Shown here piece after piece: positions 17,773-26,092 of a stretch of 32,000 nucleotides of DNA. Each line of letters opens with the position of its first letter. The stretch's first letter is position 1. The stretch is from Trichlorobacter lovleyi SZ. GTDB lineage: Bacteria; Desulfobacterota; Desulfuromonadia; Geobacterales; Pseudopelobacteraceae. Made by a program: the position numbers and the translations under genes. The notes below the pieces were generated by a model. It did not search any database. It had not been told where the DNA came from and saw only the letters and a program-made list of their open reading frames with translations. Location of the stretch: assembly GCF_000020385.1 (NCBI RefSeq), contig NC_010814.1:420001-452000 (forward strand). The letters are read 5' to 3'.

Positions 17773-18910
17773 AGATCTTTTCAATATCCTTTTGTGTCGG
17801 TCGTCGCGGATTGGTAACCATGCAGGCATCCAGCATCGCTTTTTCTGCCAGCGAGGGGATCTGCTCATAGTGTATCCCCGGCGCTGAAATGGTTCTGGTG
17901 ATGCCGATCGACATCCGCAGTGTGCGGATCCCCGCAGTCAGCGCTGTACAGGAATCCTGTCCCGCAGGGCAGTCGATTCCCATGGCGTGGCTGACCTCTT
18001 GGTAACGCTCTGCAGCAGAGCCATAGTTGTAGGCAATGACGTGTTCCAGCAGCTGGGCGTTGCATTCGCCGTGGGGGGAGTCAATCAATCCGCCCAGGCT
18101 GTGGGCCATGGCATGGACTGCCCCCAGACTGGCATTGGAGAAGGCCATGCCTGCCTGGGTGCTGGCCAGCATCATGCCGTTGCGGGCCTCCAGCGAAGCC
18201 GGTTTTTCGATGGCTTCGGCGAGGTGACGCGTGACGAGACGTATCGCATGCAGTGCATGCAGATCAGTAAAAGATGAGCTGGCGTTGGAGACATAGGCCT
18301 CAATGGCATGGACCAGGGCGTCCATGCCGGTGCAGGCGGTCAGTTCGGCAGGCATGGTGGTGGTCAGCAGGGGATCGATCAAGGCCAGGTCTGGAACCAC
18401 AGACTTGCTGATGATGGCAACCTTTCTCCGGTCGGCTGTGTCGGTAATGATGGCAAACTGAGAGACATCTGCAGCTGAACCGGCGGTACTGGGGACGCAG
18501 ATCAAAGGCGGCATTGCCATCGGCACCTGATCCACGCCTTCATAATCGAGGATATGTCCGCCGTTGGAACAGACGATACCGATCCCCTTGGCGCAATCCA
18601 TCGGACTTCCTCCTCCAACGGTCACAATGCCGTCACAGCCGGCCGCATGGTAGCGCTCGACACCGGCCATGACCTCATGGTCCTTTGGGTTGGGGGTGAT
18701 CTCGGTAAACGGAACAGCCGTAATACCTGCCAGGGCCAGGTTTTCCATGATCCGGCCGGTCCAACCGACCTCCACAACGCCTGGATCGCTCACCACCAAA
18801 GCGTTGCTGATGCCGAAACGGCCTGCATACTGCCCTGTCAGCTGATGGGCGCCGTTGCCATAGATCATTTCCGGAATCAGAAACTTGCGTAGAAGAGTAT
18901 CAACCGCCAT
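17756..18910 (-). CDS. Iron-containing (group III) alcohol dehydrogenase
   Basis: The protein is 384 aa, with the GGGSPMDCAKG nucleotide-binding block and metal-ligand histidines (HAIEAY, HAMAHSLGG...HGECNA). Confidence 0.9.
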   Translation of the reverse strand: MAVDTLLRKFLIPEMIYGNGAHQLTGQYAGRFGISNALVVSDPGVVEVGWTGRIMENLALAGITAVPFTEITPNPKDHEVMAGVERYHAAGCDGIVTVGGGSPMDCAKGIGIVCSNGGHILDYEGVDQVPMAMPPLICVPSTAGSAADVSQFAIITDTADRRKVAIISKSVVPDLALIDPLLTTTMPAELTACTGMDALVHAIEAYVSNASSSFTDLHALHAIRLVTRHLAEAIEKPASLEARNGMMLASTQAGMAFSNASLGAVHAMAHSLGGLIDSPHGECNAQLLEHVIAYNYGSAAERYQEVSHAMGIDCPAGQDSCTALTAGIRTLRMSIGITRTISAPGIHYEQIPSLAEKAMLDACMVTNPRRPTQKDIEKIYAAAF

Positions 18911-18948
18911 ATCTGCCCCCTGCGCTGCAGCCTCATGTATTTGTAATT

Positions 18949-18976
18949 ATTTTACGCCTTATTGTCTACTAAGCAA
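18949..18976 (-). promoter_or_regulatory. Sigma-70-type promoter candidate for the ADH-kinase operon
   Basis: The minus strand reads TTGCTT, a 16-nt spacer, then TAAAAT. The -10 element ends about 38 nt upstream of the ADH ATG. Confidence 0.35.
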
Positions 18977-19028
18977 GGCTGCCGGGCAGAAAATGCTAAA
19001 TTAATGGCCGATGGATTGAATTGTGTGT

Positions 19029-19050
19029 GGTGTGTCAAAAACTGCACACA
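19029..19050 (-). promoter_or_regulatory. Copy A of a shared 20-22 bp motif (TGTGTGnnGTTTnTGnCACA), oriented toward the ADH operon
   Basis: The minus strand reads TGTGTGCAGTTTTTGACACACC. It matches 16 of 22 positions of 21439-21460 on the plus strand. A GTGTATA heptamer lies nearby at 19065-19071. Confidence 0.35.
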
Positions 19051-19102
19051 TTGTTCCGGTTGTGGTGTATAGTAACGCAAACTACTTCCGGGGGCTTAGG
19101 CT

Positions 19103-21406
19103 ATGCAACCGATTATTACCTACAAAGAGCGCTGTCGAACCTGTTACTCCTGCGTCAGGACCTGTCCGGTCAAGGCAATCAAGGTGGATGAAGGCTACGC
19201 CGAGATCATCTATGAGCGCTGTATCGGCTGCGGTAACTGTCTGAACTGTCCCCAGAAGGCCAAGGTTGTGGTGGACCGGATGGTGAAGACCCAGGAACTG
19301 CTGGCATCGGGCGACCCGGTTGTGGCGGTGCTGGGCTGTTCATTTCCCGCCTTTTTCCACTCCTATACCCCCGGCCAGCTGGTTGCAGGGTTGAAAAGCC
19401 TCGGTTTTCATGAGGTGCACGAGGGGGCCTATGGCGCCAGGATGATTGCCCCCCATTATGCAAGCGAGATTGCCAGGACCGACCGTCCGTTGATCTCCAC
19501 CCACTGCCCTGCGGTGGTTGATCTGATTGAGCGGCATTATCCGAAGCTGCTACCTAACCTGATGCCGGTGGTTTCGCCCATGGTGGCAATGGGGCGCTTT
19601 ATCAAAGAGGCGTTGGGGCCGCAGGCCAAGGTGGTCTATCTCAGTACCTGTATCGCGGCAAAGTTTGAAATTCAGTCCCCTGAGGTGGCCAGCCTGGTGG
19701 ATGTGGTGCTGACCTACAGTGAGATCGAGCTCTTTTTCCGTCGCCGCGGCATCACTCCGGCAAATCTGACAGAGGCAGCCTTTGATGGCATCGATCCGCA
19801 GCAGGGGCGGATGTTTACCCTCTCCGGAGGGCCGTTGCGGGCGCTGGACATCGCCACCGATTTTCTCGATACGGAAACCGTTGCAGCAGAAGGGGAGAGT
19901 CATACCCTGGAGATTGTCCGGGATCTGGCGGCCGGCCGGATCAGTCCACGCTATGTTGACCTGCGTTTCTGCGATGGCGGCTGTGTTGACGGCCCTGGAA
20001 AAAACCGTGATTTAACAAATCTTTTCAAGCGAAACCTGATCATTCGCTATAACAGCAGTAATATCCCCTATCGTACCGCTGCCCATTACCGTTCGGCGGT
20101 CTCACCTGCCCAGCTTTCGCAGAGCTTTCAGGATAAGTCGATCAAGCTGCCTGCGCCGAAAGGTGATGATGTCCGCAGAATACTGCATGCCACTGCAAAA
20201 TTCAGCCAGGGTGATGAGCTGAATTGCCGGGCCTGCGGCTATGCCACCTGTCGAGAACATGCGGTTGCCGTGTTTCAGGGGCTGGCCGATATCGGCATGT
20301 GCCTGCCCTATAACCTGCGTAAGATGGAAGAGGACCGTGGTCTGCTGATGCAGAAATATGAGCTGATGTCGCGGGAGTTGGACAAGCAGCTGGGTGAGGA
20401 CATGATCATTGGCGATGATCGTGAAAATGCCGCTGTTGTAGATCTGATCCGGCAGGTCGGGCCGACCCCCACGACGGTCTTGATTCGTGGAGAAACCGGT
20501 ACCGGCAAGGAGCTGACGGCACGGGCCATTCATCGCCTGAGTACGCGGGCAGATAAACCGCTGGTTACGGTTAACTGTACGACACTGGCGGATTCCCTGC
20601 TCGAAAGTGAACTGTTCGGCCATAAAAAAGGGGCATTTACCGGTGCCATTGCTGATCGCAAAGGCCTGTTTGAGGCAGCGGATGGCGGCACCATTTTCCT
20701 GGATGAGATTGGTGATATTACCCCCAAGCTCCAGGCTGAACTGTTGCGTCTGCTGGATCAGGGCGAGGTGCGGCCGGTGGGGGGGACTGCCGTCAAAAGG
20801 GTTAATGTGCGTCTGATCGCAGCCACCAATAAGGATCTGGAGCAAGGGGTCCGGGACGGCTGGTTCCGCGAGGATCTCTATTATCGTTTGAATGTGTTTT
20901 CAATCGATCTGCCGCCGTTACGGGAACGTACCGAGTCGATCCCGATCCTGTCCCGTCACTTCCTTGAAAAGGCACGTAAAAAATTGAATAAGCGCCTGAC
21001 CGGTATTGAAGAGCGGGCGGTGACCGCCATGAGGAACTACCGCTGGCCCGGTAACATTCGTGAGATGCAGAACATCATTGAACGGGCCGCAGTTCTTTCG
21101 CAAGACGGGGTGGTGCGGCTGGAAAATCTGCCTTCGATTTTCCGGGAGATCTTTGAAGAACGGGCCGGTGTCCTGCCCGGTGTGCGGCGGACCTCGTTCA
21201 AGGCAGAGCGGGAAACCCATGTGGTGCGTCTGGAGCGCAACCTGATTCTGCGCTATCTGGAGGAATCAGGGGGGAATGTGTCAAAGGCGGCCCGCCTGGC
21301 TGATCTGCCGCGTCGCACGTTTTACCGGCTGTTGGAAAAAAACGGTATTTCTGTGCAACGCAAGCTGGAACGGACGCTGGGGGCTGTGTATGAGGAGCTG
21401 CAGTAA
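19103..21406 (+). CDS. Sigma-54-dependent transcriptional activator with N-terminal 2x[4Fe-4S] ferredoxin, [FeFe]-hydrogenase-like domain and CX2CX4CX16C Fe-S module (no receiver domain)
   Basis: The ferredoxin motifs are [12 protein letters not shown] and [11 protein letters not shown]. The HydA-like motifs are [14 protein letters not shown] and [11 protein letters not shown]. The Fe-S module is C375-x2-C-x4-C-x16-C400. The AAA+ core has [14 protein letters not shown] and FLDEIGD. The C-terminus carries a Fis-type HTH ([22 protein letters not shown]). Confidence 0.9.
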   Translation: MQPIITYKERCRTCYSCVRTCPVKAIKVDEGYAEIIYERCIGCGNCLNCPQKAKVVVDRMVKTQELLASGDPVVAVLGCSFPAFFHSYTPGQLVAGLKSLGFHEVHEGAYGARMIAPHYASEIARTDRPLISTHCPAVVDLIERHYPKLLPNLMPVVSPMVAMGRFIKEALGPQAKVVYLSTCIAAKFEIQSPEVASLVDVVLTYSEIELFFRRRGITPANLTEAAFDGIDPQQGRMFTLSGGPLRALDIATDFLDTETVAAEGESHTLEIVRDLAAGRISPRYVDLRFCDGGCVDGPGKNRDLTNLFKRNLIIRYNSSNIPYRTAAHYRSAVSPAQLSQSFQDKSIKLPAPKGDDVRRILHATAKFSQGDELNCRACGYATCREHAVAVFQGLADIGMCLPYNLRKMEEDRGLLMQKYELMSRELDKQLGEDMIIGDDRENAAVVDLIRQVGPTPTTVLIRGETGTGKELTARAIHRLSTRADKPLVTVNCTTLADSLLESELFGHKKGAFTGAIADRKGLFEAADGGTIFLDEIGDITPKLQAELLRLLDQGEVRPVGGTAVKRVNVRLIAATNKDLEQGVRDGWFREDLYYRLNVFSIDLPPLRERTESIPILSRHFLEKARKKLNKRLTGIEERAVTAMRNYRWPGNIREMQNIIERAAVLSQDGVVRLENLPSIFREIFEERAGVLPGVRRTSFKAERETHVVRLERNLILRYLEESGGNVSKAARLADLPRRTFYRLLEKNGISVQRKLERTLGAVYEELQ

Positions 21407-21438
21407 TATGTTCTAGAATAGTGTATACTTTTGTCTTT

Positions 21439-21460
21439 TGTGTGTCGTTTGTGGCACAAA
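21439..21460 (+). promoter_or_regulatory. Copy B of the shared motif, about 85 nt upstream of the -24/-12-like element (candidate enhancer/UAS)
   Basis: The sequence is TGTGTGTCGTTTGTGGCACAAA. GTGTATAC lies at 21421-21428. See copy A at 19029-19050. Confidence 0.35.
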
Positions 21461-21544
21461 AAACAGCCCCGGTGTAATAAGATGTGAATAGTCTAATTTG
21501 ATAACCATCTTATATTGTTGTGCTTTGTTATATTTATTTTGTTT

Positions 21545-21560
21545 TGGCATGGTGTTGGCA
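21545..21560 (+). promoter_or_regulatory. Sigma-54 (-24/-12) type promoter candidate upstream of the RHH gene
   Basis: TGGCATggtgtTGGCA has canonical GG to GC spacing, but the -12 element is TGGCA rather than TTGCA. It lies about 60 nt upstream of the ATG at 21619, inside an AT-rich spacer. Confidence 0.4.
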
Positions 21561-21618
21561 TATATGGAGCCATATCGTAAACACCACCACCATTTCCATA
21601 CCAAGGAGAACAGACAAC

Positions 21619-21801
21619 ATGGGCAGAATGAGAGAGAATCCTCGTTATAATGTAATTTCAATGCGGGTTAGTGATGAAGAGCGTGAGCAGCTTGAGTCTC
21701 TGGTGCGGCGTACCCACAAATCGGTATCCGACATCATGCGTGAGGCCATGGTTGCCCTGACCATGCAGCTTGATCATCGCGATCTCCGCAAGGCAGCCTA
21801 A
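21619..21801 (+). CDS. Small ribbon-helix-helix (CopG/Arc/MetJ-like) DNA-binding protein, 60 aa
   Basis: AAGGAGA lies 8 nt before the ATG. NVISMRVSDEEREQLESLVRRTHKSVSDIMREAM has the beta-strand, helix, helix pattern of RHH proteins. The longer ORF from 21520 has no Shine-Dalgarno and an implausible N-terminus. Confidence 0.6.
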   Translation: MGRMRENPRYNVISMRVSDEEREQLESLVRRTHKSVSDIMREAMVALTMQLDHRDLRKAA

Positions 21802-21827
21802 GCTTATTAGTGTACGCTGAGTGAAGC

Positions 21828-21861
21828 AAAAGCGGCGCAGGAAATATCCTGTGCCGCTTTT
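21828..21861. terminator. Bidirectional rho-independent terminator between the RHH gene and rng
   Basis: AAAAGCGGCGCAGG, loop aaatat, then CCTGTGCCGCTTTT. The GC-rich stem has one G-U pair and is flanked by an A-run and a T-run. Confidence 0.6.
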
Positions 21862-21896
21862 ACGTTGTGTGATCGGGTGGTATCGGTAACCGGGGG

Positions 21897-23408
21897 CTAG
21901 CTGATGACCACCTCGAACTGTTCTTGATGGAAGCCGGGCTTGGCCCTGACCGTGACCCGCTTCTTAAACTTCTTTTCAAGTTCCTCAAGTCCGCGCCGTT
22001 CTTCATCATAGAGCAGGTCTGCCACCTGAGGGTGAACGCTGAGCAAGACCTTTGTGCCGCGGATATCAAGCATTTCGCGCCGCAACTCCCTGAAAATCTC
22101 ATGGCAGATCGTTGTCTTTGACTTGACGTAGCCGCGACCCTCGCAGTAAGGGCAGGGTTCACACATCATTCTGCCGATACTCTCCCGCACCCGTTTGCGG
22201 GTCATCTCCACCAGTCCCAGCTCGGATATCTTCAGGATATTGGTCTTGGATTTATCGCTCTTGAGGGCATCCTCAAGGGCGGCATAGACCTTCTCGCGGT
22301 TGACCTCTTTCTCCATGTCGATAAAGTCAATGATGATAATGCCGCCAATATTACGCAGGCGCAGCTGGTAGGCGATCTCCTTGACCGCTTCAAGGTTGGT
22401 CTTGAGGATGGTGTCTTCCAGATTGTGTTTGCCGACAAAGCGGCCGGTATTGACGTCAATGGCGGTCAATGCTTCAGTCTGCTCGATAATGATATAGCCG
22501 CCTGACTTCAGCCAGACCTTGCGCCCAAGGGCGCGGCTAATTTCAACCTCAAGGCCGTACTGATCAAAAATCGGTTCCTCTTCGTCATACAGCTCGATGG
22601 AGGATTTCATCTTGGGCATAAAAGTGGAGATAAACTGCACAATCCGGTCATGGTCGGCCTTGGAGTCGATCACAATGCGATTGACATCATCGGTCACAAT
22701 ATCCCGGACCACCTTCTGCACCACATCAAGGTCGGCGTGGATCAGGCAGGGGGCAGTTGCCTTCTCTTTCTTGTTAACGATCTCGGCCCAGATTTTGGCC
22801 AGATATTCCATGTCGGCCCGCAGGTCTTCTTCGGTCTTTCCTTCTGATGCGGTGCGAACAATGAAGCCGCAGCCCGGTTGGCGCAGGCGGTCAACAATTT
22901 CGCGCAGCCGTTCCCGCTCCTCTTCCTCTTCAATCCTGCGGGAGATGCCGACATGATCAACGGTGGGCATGTAGACGACATGACGGCCCGGCAGCGAGAT
23001 GTGCGAGGTAATGCGGGCTCCTTTGGTGCCGATCGGTTCCTTTGAAACCTGCACCAGCAGTTCCTGGCCCTCCTGCAGCAGGTCTTCGATCGGGTGCAGC
23101 ACCTTGAATTCCTGGTCGCTGCTGTCATCGTGATGGTCTTCCTTCTTGCCGCCATCCATCAGGTTTTCATACTCTTCAATGGCGTCAAAGACATCGGCCA
23201 CATACAGAAAGGCCGCCTTTTCAAGGCCGATGTCGACAAAGGCTGCCTGCATGCCCGGCAGTACCCGGACGACCCGGCCTTTGTAGATGTTGCCGACGAT
23301 CCCTTTTTCCCGCGTGCGCTCAATGTACAGTTCTGCAATGGTCCCCTTTTCAATCAGGGAGATGCGCGTTTCATGGGCGGTGACATTGATAACCAGTTCT
23401 GATGCCAT
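21897..23408 (-). CDS. rng: Ribonuclease G (Rne/Rng family)
   Basis: The protein is 503 aa with an S1 domain (GNIYKGRVVRVLPGMQAAFVDIG). The RNase E/G catalytic core has FIVRTA, GGIIIIDFIDM and the Zn-link CPYCEGRG. Confidence 0.9.
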   Translation of the reverse strand: MASELVINVTAHETRISLIEKGTIAELYIERTREKGIVGNIYKGRVVRVLPGMQAAFVDIGLEKAAFLYVADVFDAIEEYENLMDGGKKEDHHDDSSDQEFKVLHPIEDLLQEGQELLVQVSKEPIGTKGARITSHISLPGRHVVYMPTVDHVGISRRIEEEEERERLREIVDRLRQPGCGFIVRTASEGKTEEDLRADMEYLAKIWAEIVNKKEKATAPCLIHADLDVVQKVVRDIVTDDVNRIVIDSKADHDRIVQFISTFMPKMKSSIELYDEEEPIFDQYGLEVEISRALGRKVWLKSGGYIIIEQTEALTAIDVNTGRFVGKHNLEDTILKTNLEAVKEIAYQLRLRNIGGIIIIDFIDMEKEVNREKVYAALEDALKSDKSKTNILKISELGLVEMTRKRVRESIGRMMCEPCPYCEGRGYVKSKTTICHEIFRELRREMLDIRGTKVLLSVHPQVADLLYDEERRGLEELEKKFKKRVTVRAKPGFHQEQFEVVIS

Positions 23409-23444
23409 GGTGATACCTCTATAATAAGTTGGTTTGATTTTGAC

Positions 23445-25931
23445 TTAGTATGCCACAAAAACAACTGATGTCTTTTCAATATGCACAGTTTTTAAGGCAT
23501 CAGGTGTCAGGCCGGTGATTGCGGCAGTCAGTTCGCTCGCCTTGCCTCGACCAATGGTGAACTCAAGGCTATGTCCGTTCGCGCTCAGCTCTCGGGTTTC
23601 CTTGCGAAGATCGATGGTCTGTTGCTGTCCTTTTTTTGCGCGGACCAGCACCCAGGAACTTTGTGCCATAAATTGCACACACTGGTTCCGGAGCGTTTCC
23701 GGGTCACAGTCTGGCAGGGTGACCCGGTAGCGGGTGGCCTCAATCAAGGGAGAAAGCGAGGGGGCCTTCAGGTCAACCTCGGTTGCTTCCAGTATGGACA
23801 TGCCTGCAGGCAGCACCTGGTTAAGGCGCTGAAGCGCCTCATCGGCCCCTATGTCGCCAACAAACAGATCCAGGTATTCGGCCTGCGATTCAACGCCGAC
23901 CGACGTAGCAGTGGCAAAGGAAAAGCGCGGGTGCGGGTGGAAGCCCTGGCTGTAGAGGATCGGTACACCGGCCCGCTGTACGGCACGGGTAAAAAGGTTG
24001 ATCAGTTCAAGGTGACTCAGGTAGCGGATCCGGCCGGTCTTAGAGAAACGCATCCTCAGGCGTCGCTGCGTGATTTCGCCAGGCGCTGCAGGCAGCTCCC
24101 TGGCTGCACCGAAGGTGGGGGGCTGTACAACACGGTTGGCCACGGTTTTAAAATCACAGACCCCGCAGTTGGAGCAGGCGCCAAAACGGCAGTCCGGGGT
24201 TGCTGCCTCGCCATGGGCCCGGTTGAGTTCTTTCAGTAGAAAGGCCTTGTCAATACCGGCATCCAGGTGGTCCCAGGGAAGCAGTTCATTCTGGTCCCGT
24301 TCCCGCAGATACCAGTTCGGGTCGATGTCGCATTCGCTGAAGGCCTGCAGCCAGCGCTGCAGTGAAAAATGTTCGTTCCAGCCGTCAAAACAGGCTCCCA
24401 GTTCGACTACGCGTTCGAGTACGTCGGCCAGGCGGCGATCTCCCCGTGCAAGTACCCCTTCCATAAAGGACAGCTCTGCGTCCTGATACTTGAAGTTCAG
24501 TTTGCGCCGCCGCATCTCGTCTTTCAGAAAACGCTGGCGATCACGGGTTTCTTCAAGGGAGAGCTGGCGCTGCCACTGGAAAGGGGTGTGGGGTTTGGGT
24601 ACAAAGGTACTGACCGCCACGTTGACTTCACCCTGTCCGCCGGAGCGGCGTGCCTGATTCTTGACCTGGCGGGCAAGTTCGGGGATCGCCTGTAGATCGT
24701 CCCGGGTTTCAGTGGGAAGACCCATCATGAAGTACAGCTTGATCAGCCGCCAGCCGGCAGCAAAGATGTTATAGGCGCCATCCAGCAGATCCTGTTCCGA
24801 GATCCCCTTGTTGATGACCCGGCGCATCCTTTCGCTGCCGGCCTCAGGAGCCAGGGTAAAGCCGGTTTTGCGTACCTTGCGAATTTCGTCGATCAGCTCC
24901 GGAGTCAGGGTGCCTACCCGTAGTGAGGGGAGTGAAACGGCAACCCGGCCCTGGGCATGGCGGGCCATCAACTCCTGCAGTAGCGGTGCAATGCAGCTGT
25001 AATCGCCGGTGGAGAGTGACAGTAACGAGATCTCTTCGTAGCCGGTATTTTTTAGCGAGGTCTCAATCAGCTCGTTGATCCGTTGCGGTGAACGTTCGCG
25101 CAGCGGTCGGTAGATGTAGCCGGCCTGACAGAAACGGCAGCCGCGTGTGCAGCCGCGTGCAACCTCAATTGCAACCCGGTCGTGAATGGTCTTCAGGAAC
25201 GGGATGATCGGGCTGTCCGGAAAGTCAGCTGCTTCAATATCAGGCAGAAAGCGTCTGCGTACGGTTGTGTAGCCCGGCTTGAGCGGCTGTACCGCGGCAA
25301 CCCGGCCGTCGTCATGGTACACAACGTTGAAAAATGAAGGTACATAGACGCCAGGGATGGTGGCCAGTTGCTCAAGCAGTTCCTGTTTGTTACTGCTGCC
25401 CGCCTCCTTCCAGTCCCGTACATGCTGTGCAATCTCAATCACCGCTTCTTCACCATCGCCCAATAAAAAAGCATCAAAGAACGGGGCCAGCGGCTCGGGA
25501 TTGTAGGCGCCGGGCCCCCCACCGATAATGAGCGGCCAGCCTTGTGCGCGATCTTCAGCCCGCACCGGGATGGCGGCCTGGCGTAACATGGTCAGGATAT
25601 TGGTGCAGGAAAGCTCGTACTGGAGTGTGAAGCCGATAATATCAGTTTCTGCGAGAGGTGTGGCTGTTTCAAGGGTAGTGAGGGGAGCCTGCTCTGCTGC
25701 CATCTGAGCAGCCATATCAGGCCAGGGGGTGTAGACGCGCTCAGCGGCGATGCCATCCTGATTGTTCAGGATCTGATAGAGAATGCGAAGCCCGAGATGG
25801 CTCATGCCGACTTCATACAGATCAGGAAAGGCCAGGGCGATGCGTAGATCAGCGGTCGGTTTTACGACCGATCCCATTTCACCGCCCATGTAACGGGCCG
25901 GTTTTTCGACACTCAACAGATCCAGAGGCAT
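23445..25931 (-). CDS. B12-binding-domain radical SAM protein fused to a DUF2344-type C-terminal domain (TIGR03960/TIGR03936-like), function unknown
   Basis: The protein is 828 aa. The radical-SAM cluster motif is ARGCTRGCRFCQAG (CX3CX2C). A flavodoxin/B12-like region forms the N-terminus, and a C-terminal domain of about 230 aa begins near RLRMRFSKTGRIRYLSHLE. Confidence 0.8.
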   Translation of the reverse strand: MPLDLLSVEKPARYMGGEMGSVVKPTADLRIALAFPDLYEVGMSHLGLRILYQILNNQDGIAAERVYTPWPDMAAQMAAEQAPLTTLETATPLAETDIIGFTLQYELSCTNILTMLRQAAIPVRAEDRAQGWPLIIGGGPGAYNPEPLAPFFDAFLLGDGEEAVIEIAQHVRDWKEAGSSNKQELLEQLATIPGVYVPSFFNVVYHDDGRVAAVQPLKPGYTTVRRRFLPDIEAADFPDSPIIPFLKTIHDRVAIEVARGCTRGCRFCQAGYIYRPLRERSPQRINELIETSLKNTGYEEISLLSLSTGDYSCIAPLLQELMARHAQGRVAVSLPSLRVGTLTPELIDEIRKVRKTGFTLAPEAGSERMRRVINKGISEQDLLDGAYNIFAAGWRLIKLYFMMGLPTETRDDLQAIPELARQVKNQARRSGGQGEVNVAVSTFVPKPHTPFQWQRQLSLEETRDRQRFLKDEMRRRKLNFKYQDAELSFMEGVLARGDRRLADVLERVVELGACFDGWNEHFSLQRWLQAFSECDIDPNWYLRERDQNELLPWDHLDAGIDKAFLLKELNRAHGEAATPDCRFGACSNCGVCDFKTVANRVVQPPTFGAARELPAAPGEITQRRLRMRFSKTGRIRYLSHLELINLFTRAVQRAGVPILYSQGFHPHPRFSFATATSVGVESQAEYLDLFVGDIGADEALQRLNQVLPAGMSILEATEVDLKAPSLSPLIEATRYRVTLPDCDPETLRNQCVQFMAQSSWVLVRAKKGQQQTIDLRKETRELSANGHSLEFTIGRGKASELTAAITGLTPDALKTVHIEKTSVVFVAY

Positions 25932-25946
25932 GGCGGTTCCTTGCTG

Positions 25947-25981
25947 AAAAAGAAAAACCTCCGAAGTCTACACTTCGGAGG
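25947..25981 (-). terminator. Rho-independent terminator immediately 3' of tRNA-Leu
   Basis: The minus strand has a perfect 10-bp stem (CCTCCGAAGT, loop gtag, ACTTCGGAGG) followed by TTTTTCTTTTT. It ends 16 nt before the radical SAM ATG. Confidence 0.6.
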
Positions 25982-25994
25982 CATTTTCTTTGAA

Positions 25995-26081
25995 TGGTGC
26001 CCAGGACTAGACTCGAACTAGCACACCCTTGCGAGCACAAGAACCTGAATCTTGCGTGTCTACCAATTCCACCACCTGGGC
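25995..26081 (-). tRNA. tRNA-Leu (anticodon CAG), with encoded CCA
   Basis: The 87-nt reverse complement folds as a class II tRNA. The acceptor stem is GCCCAGG/CCTGGGC. The anticodon arm is CAAGA-TTCAGGT-TCTTG. A long variable arm and the T-loop TTCGAGT are present, and the 3' end is ACCA. Confidence 0.9.
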
Positions 26082-26092
26082 AAGGAAAAAAT

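Noticed and set aside
18994-19010. A sigma-54-like element on the minus strand (CGGCCATTAATTTAGCA), which would drive the ADH operon.
   Set aside because: There are 11 nt between the GG and GC dinucleotides instead of 10. RpoN promoters tolerate this spacing change poorly.
19006-19020. A plus-strand TGGCCGatggaTTGAA read as a sigma-54 promoter for the EBP gene.
   Set aside because: The -12 element has GA instead of the near-invariant GC.
19040-19102. A possible c-di-GMP-I (GEMM) riboswitch, suggested by ACGCAAAC and paired CCGG elements upstream of the EBP gene.
   Set aside because: The order of elements is wrong. The ACGCAAA segment lies between the two CCGG segments instead of preceding them, and there is no GGCAAA/GNRA-tetraloop hairpin.
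21452-21467. TGGCAC hexamer (TGGCACaaaaaacaGC) read as a -24 element.
   Set aside because: The nearest downstream GC is one position too far, and there is no TTGC-like -12 box. The hexamer is more simply explained as part of the shared 20-bp motif.
21413-21661. An 82-aa minus-strand ORF and the 93-aa long form of the plus-strand ORF (from 21520), both in the AT-rich spacer.
   Set aside because: Their W/C/Y-rich translations look non-protein-like and they have no Shine-Dalgarno. The internal ATG at 21619 has a strong Shine-Dalgarno and yields a coherent RHH protein.
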